NCBI GenBank assembly: GCA_016932855.1 | Contig: JAFGCB010000025.1 | Coordinates: 118,987-182,986, forward strand | DNA length: 64,000 nt | Origin: Candidatus Omnitrophota bacterium | GTDB lineage: Bacteria; Omnitrophota; Gorgyraeia; Duberdicusellales; Duberdicusellaceae | Direction of reading: 5' to 3' | Part shown: in pieces, positions 10,025-19,509 of the stretch | How positions within the stretch are numbered: the first letter of the stretch is position 1 | How the letters are laid out: every line of letters starts with the position of its first letter | Made by a program: the position numbers and the translations under genes | Notes under the pieces: model-generated | What the model saw: the letters and a program-made list of their open reading frames with translations, nothing else | Databases searched by the model: none | Told to the model about the DNA's origin: nothing

Positions 10025-11044
10025 ATGATTATAGTGTTGAAGCCCAAGGCCACCGATCAGGAGATTGATTACATAATCTCCCGTATCGAGAAACTGGGTC
10101 TTAAAACCATGGTTTCTAAAGGAGTCGAGCGCACGATCATCGGCGTAATCGGCCCGGAAGACATATTAAGATCCCATCCCCTGGAGGTATTTCCCGGTGT
10201 GGAAAAAGTAATGCCGGTTTTAGCTCCTTATAAATTGGTTTCGCGTTATTTTAAGGCTGAGCCTTCGGTTATTGAGATTACTAAAGATGTAAAGATCGGT
10301 ACAAAAAAAATCATAATAATAGCCGGGCCTTGCTCTATCGAGTCAAAGGAACAGTTGCTGGACGTGGCCAAAAGGATAAAGGCGGCCGGTGCTACAATTA
10401 TACGCGGTGGAGCGTTCAAGCCCCGGACGTCTCCTTATAGCTTTCAGGGTTTGGGCAAAGAAGGTCTGGAAATCCTTAAGGCGATATCCCAAGAGACAGG
10501 CTTGCCTACTATCACGGAAGTAATGGATACGCGTGATGTCGAATTAGTTTCGAAATATACCGATATATTGCAGGTTGGTGCTCGAAATATGCAGAATTTT
10601 AACCTACTTAAAGAAATCGGCCAGACGAAGAAGCCGGTAGTGTTAAAGCGAGGCCTGAGCGCGACCATTAACGAGCTACTTATGAGCGCAGAGTATATTC
10701 TCTCGGGAGGTAATTTCAACGTCATCTTATGCGAGCGGGGCATTAGAACATTCGAAGATGCAACTCGCAACACTTTGGATTTAAGCGCCATCCCCATAAT
10801 AAAGCAATTATCCCATCTTCCGGTAATAGTCGATCCTTCTCACGCCACCGGTAAATGGAATTTAGTTTCTCCGCTGTCGAAGGCCGCGGTCGCCTGCGGA
10901 GCTGACGGTCTTTTAATCGAAGTTCACCCTCAGCCCGAAGAAGCTCTTTCCGACGGCCCGCAGCAGCTATTGCCGAAAAAGTTTGTTGCTCTTATGGGAG
11001 AATTACAAAAGGTGGCCTTAAGTGTTGAGAGAACTTTTGACTAA
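10025..11044 (+). CDS. aroF: 3-deoxy-7-phosphoheptulonate (DAHP) synthase, AroA(G)/KDO8PS-like type with N-terminal regulatory domain
   Basis: 339 aa; N-terminal ferredoxin-like/ACT-type domain (MIIVLKP.A....I..I...I...G) followed by a KDO8P-synthase-like TIM barrel (IAGPCS.ES.EQ, ..[16 protein letters not shown]). Confidence 0.8.
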   Translation: MIIVLKPKATDQEIDYIISRIEKLGLKTMVSKGVERTIIGVIGPEDILRSHPLEVFPGVEKVMPVLAPYKLVSRYFKAEPSVIEITKDVKIGTKKIIIIAGPCSIESKEQLLDVAKRIKAAGATIIRGGAFKPRTSPYSFQGLGKEGLEILKAISQETGLPTITEVMDTRDVELVSKYTDILQVGARNMQNFNLLKEIGQTKKPVVLKRGLSATINELLMSAEYILSGGNFNVILCERGIRTFEDATRNTLDLSAIPIIKQLSHLPVIVDPSHATGKWNLVSPLSKAAVACGADGLLIEVHPQPEEALSDGPQQLLPKKFVALMGELQKVALSVERTFD

Positions 11045-11059
11045 CTTAAGAAATAAAGT

Positions 11060-11890
11060 ATGAATTTTAATAAAGTCACTGTTATTGGGGCCGGATTCAT
11101 GGGAGGGTGTTTCGCGATTAACCTTAAGAAGAAAAAAATTGCCAAAAGCATCTGGGCAGTAGCCCGAAACCAACAAAGGGTTCGTCAGATAAACAAGTTA
11201 AATATTTTTGATAAGGTTATAACCAATCTTGAGAGTGCCGTAGACAATGCGGAGGTGGTGGTTTTGGCCACTCCGGTGTCAGCAATAATTACTTATATCG
11301 AAAAAATAGCTCCGCTAGTGCATAAAAAGTGCGTAGTTTTTGATTTGGGTAGCACAAAGCGCGAAATTATAAAAAAAGCGAAAGAGTTTCTTAAGGATAA
11401 TTTTGTCGGTTGCCACCCTCTCTGCGGCTCGGAGAAAAAAGGCGCAGCCTTCGCGGTTGATTCTTTATTCGAAGATTCTTTATGTATTCTTACGCCTCTA
11501 ATGAAAAACAGGGCTTTCGCGATTACAAACAAGCTTTTCAAGTCGCTCGGCGCCCGGACAATAACTCTGGATGCCAACCGCCACGATAAAATTTTGGGTT
11601 TTGTTTCAGCCTTGCCCCATCTTCTAAGTTTTTCTTTGATTAAAGCCCTGCCTTCCGAATTTTCTCCATTCGCAGCCGGCTCATTCAAGGATTTGACCCG
11701 AATTAGCGCCTCCGATAGTTTACTCTGGGCAGATATATTCTTAAGTAATTCCGGTAATCTTAAAGATGCCGCGGCAAACTTGAACCGCAGTATAAAAACG
11801 TTTTTGAGAATTATCGAGAAAAACGATAGAGCAAAGTTAATTTCGCTTCTTAGGGCAGTAAACCAAAAACATAAACGCTTAATTGAATAA
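11060..11890 (+). CDS. tyrA: prephenate dehydrogenase
   Basis: 276 aa; V.VIGAGFMGG Rossmann N-terminus; TyrA-family core; adjacent to DAHP synthase. Confidence 0.8.
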   Translation: MNFNKVTVIGAGFMGGCFAINLKKKKIAKSIWAVARNQQRVRQINKLNIFDKVITNLESAVDNAEVVVLATPVSAIITYIEKIAPLVHKKCVVFDLGSTKREIIKKAKEFLKDNFVGCHPLCGSEKKGAAFAVDSLFEDSLCILTPLMKNRAFAITNKLFKSLGARTITLDANRHDKILGFVSALPHLLSFSLIKALPSEFSPFAAGSFKDLTRISASDSLLWADIFLSNSGNLKDAAANLNRSIKTFLRIIEKNDRAKLISLLRAVNQKHKRLIE

Positions 11891-11970
11891 TCATTGCCCA
11901 GCTGCCCCCGAACTTTTCACGCGGATTGTAAATATATCGATTTTTTTACCTTTGGGAGACGGGGTAATTT

Positions 11971-12627
11971 ATGATAGTTGCGATTGACGGACCTGCCGGG
12001 AGCGGTAAAAGCACGATAGCTCGGCTTCTGGCTCAGCGGCTTAATTTTTTGTATCTGGATACCGGCGCGATGTACCGGGCGCTTACTTTGAAGGTTCTTC
12101 AGATGAATATTGATCTTGATGATTACGAAAACATAATCGTCCAGGCCAAAAACACAGAAATTGAATTTAAGGACGAAAAAGTTTTTTTGGACTCGGCTGA
12201 CGTTACTTCCGATATTCGCTTGCCTCAGGTCGATAAAAGCATATCTAGTATTGCCAAAATTCCCGAAGTAAGAGAAGAAATGGTTAAAATCCAGAGAAGT
12301 ATAGGGTGCAGTACAGATTGCGTCGTAGAAGGACGTGACACTACAACCGTTGTTTTCCCTGACGCAAAACTTAAAATTTTTTTAGATGCCCGGTTTTCGC
12401 AGAGGGCAAAGCGCCGTTTAGGCGATTTCCGGCAAAAGGGCATAGACGTTGACATCAAGAGCCTCGAAACCGATTTAAAAGCCAGAGATACCGCAGATAT
12501 GACCCGGGCGGTCGGGCCTTTAAAGAAGGCTTCCGATTGCGTCTACGTAGACACTACAGATTTGACTATAGACGAAGTAGTCAGCAGGGTTTATTCCTTG
12601 GCCGAAAATAAGTTAAAAATTAAATGA
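11971..12627 (+). CDS. cmk: cytidylate kinase
   Basis: 218 aa; IVAIDGPAGSGKST.A..LA..L.F.YLDTGAMYRA signature. Confidence 0.9.
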   Translation: MIVAIDGPAGSGKSTIARLLAQRLNFLYLDTGAMYRALTLKVLQMNIDLDDYENIIVQAKNTEIEFKDEKVFLDSADVTSDIRLPQVDKSISSIAKIPEVREEMVKIQRSIGCSTDCVVEGRDTTTVVFPDAKLKIFLDARFSQRAKRRLGDFRQKGIDVDIKSLETDLKARDTADMTRAVGPLKKASDCVYVDTTDLTIDEVVSRVYSLAENKLKIK

Positions 12628-12636
12628 TCAAAGAAG

Positions 12637-14430
12637 ATGTCGAATAAGCGTATTCGCAATTTTTGCATCATAGCCCACATTGATCACGGCAAATCCACTC
12701 TTGCCGATAGAATTTTAGAGATAACCTCGGCTGTAGAGGAACGCCAGTTTAGGGACCAGATGCTTGATAGCATGGATCTCGAAAGGGAGCGGGGTATTAC
12801 CATAAAGGCAAAAGCCGTAAGATTAGCGTTTAACTCTAACGACGGTAATGTCTATACATTTAATCTGGTTGATACTCCGGGGCACGTGGATTTTACCTAT
12901 GAGGTTTCCAAGTCTCTGGGTGCGTCCGAAGGGGCCTTGCTTTTAGTTGACGCAACCCAGGGCATTGAGGCGCAAACCATGGTAAATTTCTATTTAGCAA
13001 AGGACCAGAACTTAAAAATAATACCGATAATCAATAAAATAGACTTAGCCGGAGCCCAAATTGAGCGGACCAGGACCGATCTTTGCGATGTATTCGGTTT
13101 TTCGCCTGATGAAATTCTTTCTATTTCGGCAAAAGACGGCAGCGGCGTGCGAGAAGTTCTCGAGAAAATAATAACCGAAATACCGGCTCCTTCAGGTTCT
13201 CTGGACGAACCCTTAAGAGCGTTTCTTTTTGATTCCCAGTACGATCCTTATAAAGGCGTAATACTTTTTACCCGCGTTCTTGAAGGAAAAATTACTAAAG
13301 GTACAGAAATTTTAATCCTTTCCAAGAACATAAGTTATCCGGTAGAGGAAGTCGGGATTTTTAAGCCCAAGATCGAGAAAAAAGAGGAATTAGAGGCTGG
13401 CGAGATAGGTTTTATTTATTGCAATATAAAGGACCCTCAGCAAGTATTGATACCGGACTATCTTACCGATAAAAACAACCCTACTCATAAGCCGATTCCT
13501 GATTGCAAACGGCTTACTCCTATGGTTTTTTGCGGCGTCTTTCCTTCTTCTCCCAAGGATTACACTAATCTTAGAACGTCTTTAGAAAAGCTCAAGCTGT
13601 CCGATCCGTCCTTTGTTTATGAGGTTGACGCCTCACAGGTTTTAGGATACGGCTTTCGCTGTGGATTTTTAGGTCTTCTTCATATGGAGATCATCAGGGA
13701 ACGGATTGATCGAGAGTACGATTTGGATGTATTGCTTACTTCCCCTAACGTCAAATACGAAGTGCTCACCAAAAAGCAAGAGGTTTTAACGATTGATAAT
13801 CCCCAGAAATTCCCGGAAGTTCCCCAGATAGAGGAAATAAGGGAGCCATTTATCAAGGCTTGCATTATTACTCCGGTGGAATTTATGGACCCGATCTGTG
13901 AGTTGGCAAAATCCAGGCGGGGAGTATTTGAAAAAATGGATTACTTGGGTCAAGAACGCTTAAGTATTTACTTTGAACTTCCTTTTCAGGAGGTGATTGT
14001 TGACTTTTACGATAATATAAAGTCGGTAACTAAAGGCTACGGGTCTTTCGAATATGAATTTATAGGTTTTAAGCCTTCGGATATCGTGAGGGTCGATGTT
14101 TTGTTTAATCGAAAACCTTCGGGTATCTTTTCGCTTCTTTTGCATCAGGAAAAGGCCGAACGTTTGTCAAGAAAGATGCTTCTTAAGCTGAAAGAAATTA
14201 TACCCAGGCACGCCTTTGAGATAAGCCTTCAGGCGGCCATCGGAAGCAAGATAATTGCGTCCGAGAAAATCCCGGCTCTAAAGAAAGATGTGACTAGCAA
14301 ATGTTACGGAGGAGACATTACGCGAAAACGAAAACTTTGGGAACGTCAAAAAGAAGGAAAGAAAAAAATGAAAATGCTGGGTAATGTTCAAATACCCTCA
14401 AAAGCATTTTTGGAGATTTTGAAACTATGA
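12637..14430 (+). CDS. lepA: elongation factor 4 (LepA)
   Basis: 597 aa; IRNFCIIAHIDHGKSTLADR G1 box, DTPGHVDF, NKIDL, LepA C-terminal domain. Confidence 0.95.
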   Translation: MSNKRIRNFCIIAHIDHGKSTLADRILEITSAVEERQFRDQMLDSMDLERERGITIKAKAVRLAFNSNDGNVYTFNLVDTPGHVDFTYEVSKSLGASEGALLLVDATQGIEAQTMVNFYLAKDQNLKIIPIINKIDLAGAQIERTRTDLCDVFGFSPDEILSISAKDGSGVREVLEKIITEIPAPSGSLDEPLRAFLFDSQYDPYKGVILFTRVLEGKITKGTEILILSKNISYPVEEVGIFKPKIEKKEELEAGEIGFIYCNIKDPQQVLIPDYLTDKNNPTHKPIPDCKRLTPMVFCGVFPSSPKDYTNLRTSLEKLKLSDPSFVYEVDASQVLGYGFRCGFLGLLHMEIIRERIDREYDLDVLLTSPNVKYEVLTKKQEVLTIDNPQKFPEVPQIEEIREPFIKACIITPVEFMDPICELAKSRRGVFEKMDYLGQERLSIYFELPFQEVIVDFYDNIKSVTKGYGSFEYEFIGFKPSDIVRVDVLFNRKPSGIFSLLLHQEKAERLSRKMLLKLKEIIPRHAFEISLQAAIGSKIIASEKIPALKKDVTSKCYGGDITRKRKLWERQKEGKKKMKMLGNVQIPSKAFLEILKL

Positions 14431-15017
14431 AAAACAGACAAGATACAAAGAAAAAAAAGTCAGTTTTGCGGGAGTGGGTTGATTCGATTCTGATCGCGTT
14501 TATTTTAGCTATGTTTGTCAGGGTGTTTTTCTTCGAGTTTTATAAAATTCCTACCAGCTCCATGGTCGCCACTCTTATTCCCGGCGATAGGATTTTGGTC
14601 GGCAAGATTATTTATGGACCAAGAATACCTTTTGTCGGGGTCCGTATACCGGGATACCGAAAGCCCCAGCGCGGGGAGGTGATTGTTTTTATTTCGCCGC
14701 CCGAAAAAAGCAAGGCCTACGTAAAGAGGATAGTCGGGTTTGGAGGAGAAGAAGTCGAAATTAGCCAGGGCAGTATCTATATAGACGGCCGGGAGATAAC
14801 CGATCCCCGGATAAGGAAGAATTTTTATTATAATTTTGGCAAGTTCGGCCAGGAAGGCAAGGTCACCAAGATTCCCGATGATTCGTATTTTGTTTTAGGT
14901 GATAATAGCGCTTCATCGCGTGACAGCCGCCATTGGGGGTTTGTTCCCGCTAAAGATGTTTTGGGAAAAGCAATATTGATCTGGTGGCCGCCTAAGCGGA
15001 TAAGGATGATTGAATAA
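14427..15017 (+). CDS. lepB: signal peptidase I
   Basis: 196 aa; TM anchor, catalytic SM.PTL box (PTSSMVATL), GDNS..S.DSR.WG box; ATGA overlap with lepA. Confidence 0.9.
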   Translation: MKNRQDTKKKKSVLREWVDSILIAFILAMFVRVFFFEFYKIPTSSMVATLIPGDRILVGKIIYGPRIPFVGVRIPGYRKPQRGEVIVFISPPEKSKAYVKRIVGFGGEEVEISQGSIYIDGREITDPRIRKNFYYNFGKFGQEGKVTKIPDDSYFVLGDNSASSRDSRHWGFVPAKDVLGKAILIWWPPKRIRMIE

Positions 15018-15103
15018 GAATCGCCCGGGACCCGGTTTTCAGCGCCGTCGAAAAACAGGGGATGTTTAATTTATCGTATCTTGCGCGTTATTTAAGATAA
15101 ACT

Positions 15104-15685
15104 ATGGGTTTTGCCAATAAAATATCGTTGTCACGAATTCTTGTCATTCCTTTTTTTGTCGCTTCTCTTATTTACTCCGCGCGCAACCCCGGAACGCCCC
15201 AGTTTAAATGGCTTGTTTTGTTTCTCTTTCTTTTCGCCATGATTACCGACTTCCTTGACGGTATTATCGCCCGCATTAAAAAGGAGAAGACTTCTTTGGG
15301 CAGAATACTTGATCCCTTAGCGGATAAGCTGCTGCTTTTAAACGCTTTTATTTGGGTGTATTCTTTGCGAAACAATTTACCTTTTCTTTATAAGCTACCT
15401 TTAATCGTGGTTCTCGTGGTAATCAGCCGGGACGTAATAATTTTATTGGGGATCGGAATATTTTCCTTTTTAAAGATCGAAGTCTGTATAAAGCCGAATA
15501 TTTGGGGTAAGCTTACGACTTTTTTTCAAATGTCGACTATCTTAAGCATTTTTTTGGATTTTCCGGTTTCCGAATATATTTGGAATTTAGCCTGTCTTTT
15601 TACGATTATTTCCGGCATACTCTATATAAAACGCGGGGTTACGGCCTTGAATGTTTTCGATAGCAAACCTAACAGCCATTCCTAA
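15104..15685 (+). CDS. pgsA: CDP-alcohol phosphatidyltransferase (phosphatidylglycerophosphate synthase-like)
   Basis: 193 aa; D.LDG..AR......G..LDPLADK CDP-alcohol phosphatidyltransferase motif, multiple TM helices. Confidence 0.8.
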   Translation: MGFANKISLSRILVIPFFVASLIYSARNPGTPQFKWLVLFLFLFAMITDFLDGIIARIKKEKTSLGRILDPLADKLLLLNAFIWVYSLRNNLPFLYKLPLIVVLVVISRDVIILLGIGIFSFLKIEVCIKPNIWGKLTTFFQMSTILSIFLDFPVSEYIWNLACLFTIISGILYIKRGVTALNVFDSKPNSHS

Positions 15686-15697
15686 AGGTTAAAGTAA

Positions 15698-16327
15698 ATG
15701 TCCGTATCTGTAAAAATCCTAATCCTGTCCGCTTTTAGCTATTTTTTCGGTTCCATTCCGTTTGGTTTGATCGTTTCGAAAAAAGTCCGGGGGATCGATG
15801 TACGCAAGTTCGGTTCGGGAAATATCGGTGCGACTAATGTCGTGCGTGTAGTGGGCTTTAAATGGGGAGTTTTTGTTTTTTTCCTGGATTTTTTAAAAGG
15901 CTTTCTGCCGGTTTTTTTAGTTTTTGCTATTTTGGAGAAAAACCATGAATTAGTTTACTTAGGGTCGATAAGCGCGGCTTTGCTGGCCATTGCCGGACAT
16001 AATTGGCCGGTATTTCTTAAATTTCGTGGCGGAAAAGGAGTATCAACCAGCATAGGATGCATAGTCGCGTTAAGTCTTTTTTTGGTCTTTTTAAGAATCC
16101 CTGTAATGTTGAGTCTTCTGGCTTGGCTGGCCCTATATTTTCTTACCCGCTTAGTTGGCCTAGCTTCGCTTTCAGCCGGCCTTTCTTTTTTTATAAGCTG
16201 CCTTTCGGTTAAGGAAACGCCCCTTGAATTTAGATTTCTTTCCTTTGTTATCGCCCTTTTTATAACTGTTCGGCATCGGCAAAATATTAAAGATATTATC
16301 CAAATATATAAGAGTAAAAGGCGGTAA
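15698..16327 (+). CDS. plsY: glycerol-3-phosphate acyltransferase PlsY
   Basis: 209 aa; GSIPFG, GSGN.GATN, AGHNWP..LKF.GGKGV motifs of PlsY. Confidence 0.9.
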   Translation: MSVSVKILILSAFSYFFGSIPFGLIVSKKVRGIDVRKFGSGNIGATNVVRVVGFKWGVFVFFLDFLKGFLPVFLVFAILEKNHELVYLGSISAALLAIAGHNWPVFLKFRGGKGVSTSIGCIVALSLFLVFLRIPVMLSLLAWLALYFLTRLVGLASLSAGLSFFISCLSVKETPLEFRFLSFVIALFITVRHRQNIKDIIQIYKSKRR

Positions 16328-16423
16328 TTTCTTTGAAGTTAACGCCTTTGTTCAGAGGCTTTACGCTTACCCCACAAGGCTAAAAGCTTAATTCTGACAA
16401 AGAATTTTATCCAGATGGCCAAA

Positions 16424-16451
16424 TTGACAAGCGATTTTCTTCTGGTATAAT
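16424..16451 (+). promoter_or_regulatory. sigma70-like promoter upstream of recA (TTGACA-16 nt-TATAAT)
   Basis: TTGACA at 16424-16429 and TATAAT at 16446-16451, about 50 nt upstream of the recA start. No CTGT-N8-ACAG or GAAC-N4-GTTC LexA box was seen. Confidence 0.5.
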
Positions 16452-16504
16452 ATCATTTCACTTGTATAGATTAATTATTCTACTGACGCAGGAAAGGAGT
16501 TATT

Positions 16505-17515
16505 ATGACTAAAGAGACGGATAACAGAAAAAAAGCCTTGGAGTTAGCATTAGCACAAATCGAAAAACAGTTCGGCAAGGGCGCGATTATGAGGCTTGGA
16601 AGTTCAGTAAAGCTTGATGTTGCGGTTCTTTCAACCGGGATTCTAAGTCTTGATCAAGTTTTAGGTGTCGGCGGCATTCCGCGAGGAAGAGTGATTGAAC
16701 TTTTTGGTCCGGAGTCGTCCGGAAAGACCACTTTAGCCTTAAGCATATTGGCTGAAACTCAAAAAAACGGCGGAGTAGCGGCTTTTATTGATGCTGAACA
16801 CGCTTTTGATCCTTCTTATGCCAGAATAATCGGAGTCAATCTCGAGAATCTTTTAATTTCCCAGCCCGATACCGGAGAGCAGGCGCTAGAAATAACTGAA
16901 ACCTTGGTGCGTTCAAATGCCGTTGATTTAATCGTTATCGATTCGGTTGCAGCCTTGGTTCCGCGGGCCGAAATCGAAGGAGACATGGGAGACGCTCAGA
17001 TGGGCCTTCAGGCCCGGCTTATGTCCCAGGCTATGCGTAAACTGACCGCGGCCATAAGCAAATCTAAGACCTGCGTGATTTTTATAAATCAGATAAGAGA
17101 AAAGTTAGGGATTATGTTCGGGAATCCTGAGGTTACTCCCGGGGGAAGAGCCCTAAAGTTTTATTCGTCAGTTAGGATAGATCTGCGGAAAATCGGAACC
17201 ATCACCGATAAAGACAAGATTGTCGGCACCAGAGTCCGGGCGAAAATCGTAAAAAATAAAGTGGCTCCGCCTTTTAAAGAAGCTATATTTGAGATTACTT
17301 ATACCGAGGGTGTTTCCAAGATCGGCAATTTGATTGATTCCGCTTTGGATCTGGGCATAATTAATCGAGCCGGCAGCTGGTTCTCGTATAAAGATGAAAA
17401 GCTGGCCCAGGGCAAGGAATCGGTTAAAAAGTATCTGAATGAAAATCCGAAATCATTAGAGAAGATAAAAAAAGAGGTTGAGGATAAAATATATTCGACG
17501 AAAGCTGGAAATTAG
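16505..17515 (+). CDS. recA: recombinase RecA
   Basis: 336 aa; [31 protein letters not shown] Walker A, full RecA core. Confidence 0.97.
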   Translation: MTKETDNRKKALELALAQIEKQFGKGAIMRLGSSVKLDVAVLSTGILSLDQVLGVGGIPRGRVIELFGPESSGKTTLALSILAETQKNGGVAAFIDAEHAFDPSYARIIGVNLENLLISQPDTGEQALEITETLVRSNAVDLIVIDSVAALVPRAEIEGDMGDAQMGLQARLMSQAMRKLTAAISKSKTCVIFINQIREKLGIMFGNPEVTPGGRALKFYSSVRIDLRKIGTITDKDKIVGTRVRAKIVKNKVAPPFKEAIFEITYTEGVSKIGNLIDSALDLGIINRAGSWFSYKDEKLAQGKESVKKYLNENPKSLEKIKKEVEDKIYSTKAGN

Positions 17516-17569
17516 CGACGCATTCCGATAAGCCAGGAACTGTTCCTGAGTAATAAATAGGAGGTTTTT

Positions 17570-19045
17570 ATGAAAAAGTATAATAAGCGAATTCTGCTTG
17601 TTTTGTGCGGATTGGTTCTAGGAGTCTTCATTACTCTCAAAGCCGATTTATTCCAGGCTGGTTGCGCCCAGCGCACAGGGTCTGATCCGCAAGCGGCGTC
17701 GTATAATTTGGAATCCCAAACTATTAAAGTAGCCCAAGATGTAGGCCAGGCCGTGGTTTCGATAAGCACGGAAGTTAGGCAAAAAACAGGTGGTTATCGC
17801 CAGGCTCCCTTTGATGATTTCGGGGATGACTTTTTCAGGCGGTTTTTCGAAGAGTTTTTCGGCGATTCCCCCTATCGAGAATTTAAACGACAGGGCTTAG
17901 GCAGCGGAGTCATAATCGATAAAGAGGGATATATTTTGACTAATGAACACGTGGTTTCCGGAGCAGATACTATAAAAGTGCGTTTAGCTGACGCTCGGGA
18001 GTTCGATGCAGAAGTTAAAGGTGCGGATTCCCGGTCGGATCTGGCAGTTATAAAAATAAAAGCCAGCAATCTTCCGGCGGCGGTTCTCGGCGATTCAGCC
18101 GAGGTGAAAATCGGCCAGTGGGTCGTAGCTATAGGCAATCCTTTTGGTTTTGCGATTGAAGGAAGCCAGCCCACGGTTACAGTAGGTGTTATAAGCGCCT
18201 TGCACCGCGATTTGCCGATTTTAGGCAGAAGGGACAAAAGTTATAATGACTTAATTCAAACCGACGCTGCCATAAATCCCGGTAATTCCGGAGGGCCGTT
18301 GGTGGATATGGCCGGTCGGGTTATCGGCATCAATGCAGCAATAATTTCCACTACCGGAGGATATCAAGGTTTAGGTTTTGCTATACCGGTAAACAAGGCA
18401 AAGAAGATCCTGCAGAAATTAATTAAAGGAGAGGAGATCTTGTACGGCTGGCTAGGCGTAAGTATTCAGGATCTAAACGAAGACTTGAAAAATTATTTTG
18501 GTTTAAGCCAGGAAGAAGGCGCCTTGATCATAGATGTTTTCAAGGATTCACCGGCATCCAAAGCCGGACTTATGGAAGGCGACTTGATTCTTGAGCTTGA
18601 AGGGCAAAGAGTGACGAAAGTAAAGGATTTGGTTGATAAAGTCACTAACCGAGACCCGGAAACCAAGATCACTTTAAAAATTTTGCGCCAGAATAAACTC
18701 ATGGATATAGAGGTAACATTAGGAAAACGTCCGGGCGACTTGGAGGGTTTTGAGACCAAAACAAAAGAAGTAGGTTTTCGCGGCCTGGAAGTGGACGACA
18801 TAACCGATGAAATTAAGCGCCGGTACCGGATAAGCGACGACGAAGGAGCTGTAGTTACTTACGTTGAGCCGGATTCCCCGGCTGATAAAGCTGGGATTAT
18901 CGCTTCGGACATAATCCAAAGCGTAGAAGGCAACCCGATAAAAAATAAAAAAGATTTTTTAGACGCAATAAGCGGGCTTCAAGGTGATTGTTTGGTGAAA
19001 ACAAATCGCGGGTTTTCCGTGATTAAAGATAAAAGTGTTGAATAA
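17570..19045 (+). CDS. htrA: periplasmic serine endoprotease DegP/HtrA with two PDZ domains
   Basis: 491 aa; signal/TM N-terminus, trypsin-like core with GNSGGPLV catalytic Ser motif, two C-terminal PDZ domains. Confidence 0.9.
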   Translation: MKKYNKRILLVLCGLVLGVFITLKADLFQAGCAQRTGSDPQAASYNLESQTIKVAQDVGQAVVSISTEVRQKTGGYRQAPFDDFGDDFFRRFFEEFFGDSPYREFKRQGLGSGVIIDKEGYILTNEHVVSGADTIKVRLADAREFDAEVKGADSRSDLAVIKIKASNLPAAVLGDSAEVKIGQWVVAIGNPFGFAIEGSQPTVTVGVISALHRDLPILGRRDKSYNDLIQTDAAINPGNSGGPLVDMAGRVIGINAAIISTTGGYQGLGFAIPVNKAKKILQKLIKGEEILYGWLGVSIQDLNEDLKNYFGLSQEEGALIIDVFKDSPASKAGLMEGDLILELEGQRVTKVKDLVDKVTNRDPETKITLKILRQNKLMDIEVTLGKRPGDLEGFETKTKEVGFRGLEVDDITDEIKRRYRISDDEGAVVTYVEPDSPADKAGIIASDIIQSVEGNPIKNKKDFLDAISGLQGDCLVKTNRGFSVIKDKSVE

Positions 19046-19505
19046 TAAACAGTTAGGGCAAGCTCGCAAAGCCGCGCTCAGGCTGCTTAAATATAGGCCG
19101 CGTTCCGAAAAAGAGCTGGAACGACGCCTGCGGCTTAAAAAAATACCCGCCCAGCTGGTCGAGTTGGTTTTGGGCGAGCTTAAAAAGACTTCTTTGATAG
19201 ACGATGCGCGGTTTGCAAAGATTTGGACACAAGACCGCTTAAAGAAAGGTTACGGCCCAAGACGGATAGAGAAAGAATTAAATGAAAAGGGCCTAGATCG
19301 GCAAATAATTGCCGGGTCTATTAAAAACGCACGGACTTTCTTAAACGCGTCCCCGGTTCTAAACGAACTTTTAGAAAAAAGATTACGGCGATTTAAAAAG
19401 CAAGATGATCGCCTTAAAACAAAACAAAAATTATTTAACTACTTATACCGCAGGGGTTTCGAGCTAGATCATGTACGGCGTTATATCGATGAATTAGCAT
19501 TATAA
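19035..19505 (+). CDS. recX: recombination regulator RecX
   Basis: 156 aa; RecX three-helix repeats (A...L..R.RSE.EL...L..K......V...L......DD.RFA); located close downstream of recA. Confidence 0.75.
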   Translation: MLNNKQLGQARKAALRLLKYRPRSEKELERRLRLKKIPAQLVELVLGELKKTSLIDDARFAKIWTQDRLKKGYGPRRIEKELNEKGLDRQIIAGSIKNARTFLNASPVLNELLEKRLRRFKKQDDRLKTKQKLFNYLYRRGFELDHVRRYIDELAL

Positions 19506-19509
19506 CATT

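Noticed and set aside
16328-16504. Searched for a LexA/SOS box upstream of recA
   Set aside because: No CTGT-N8-ACAG or GAAC-N4-GTTC palindrome is present; only a sigma70-like promoter was found.
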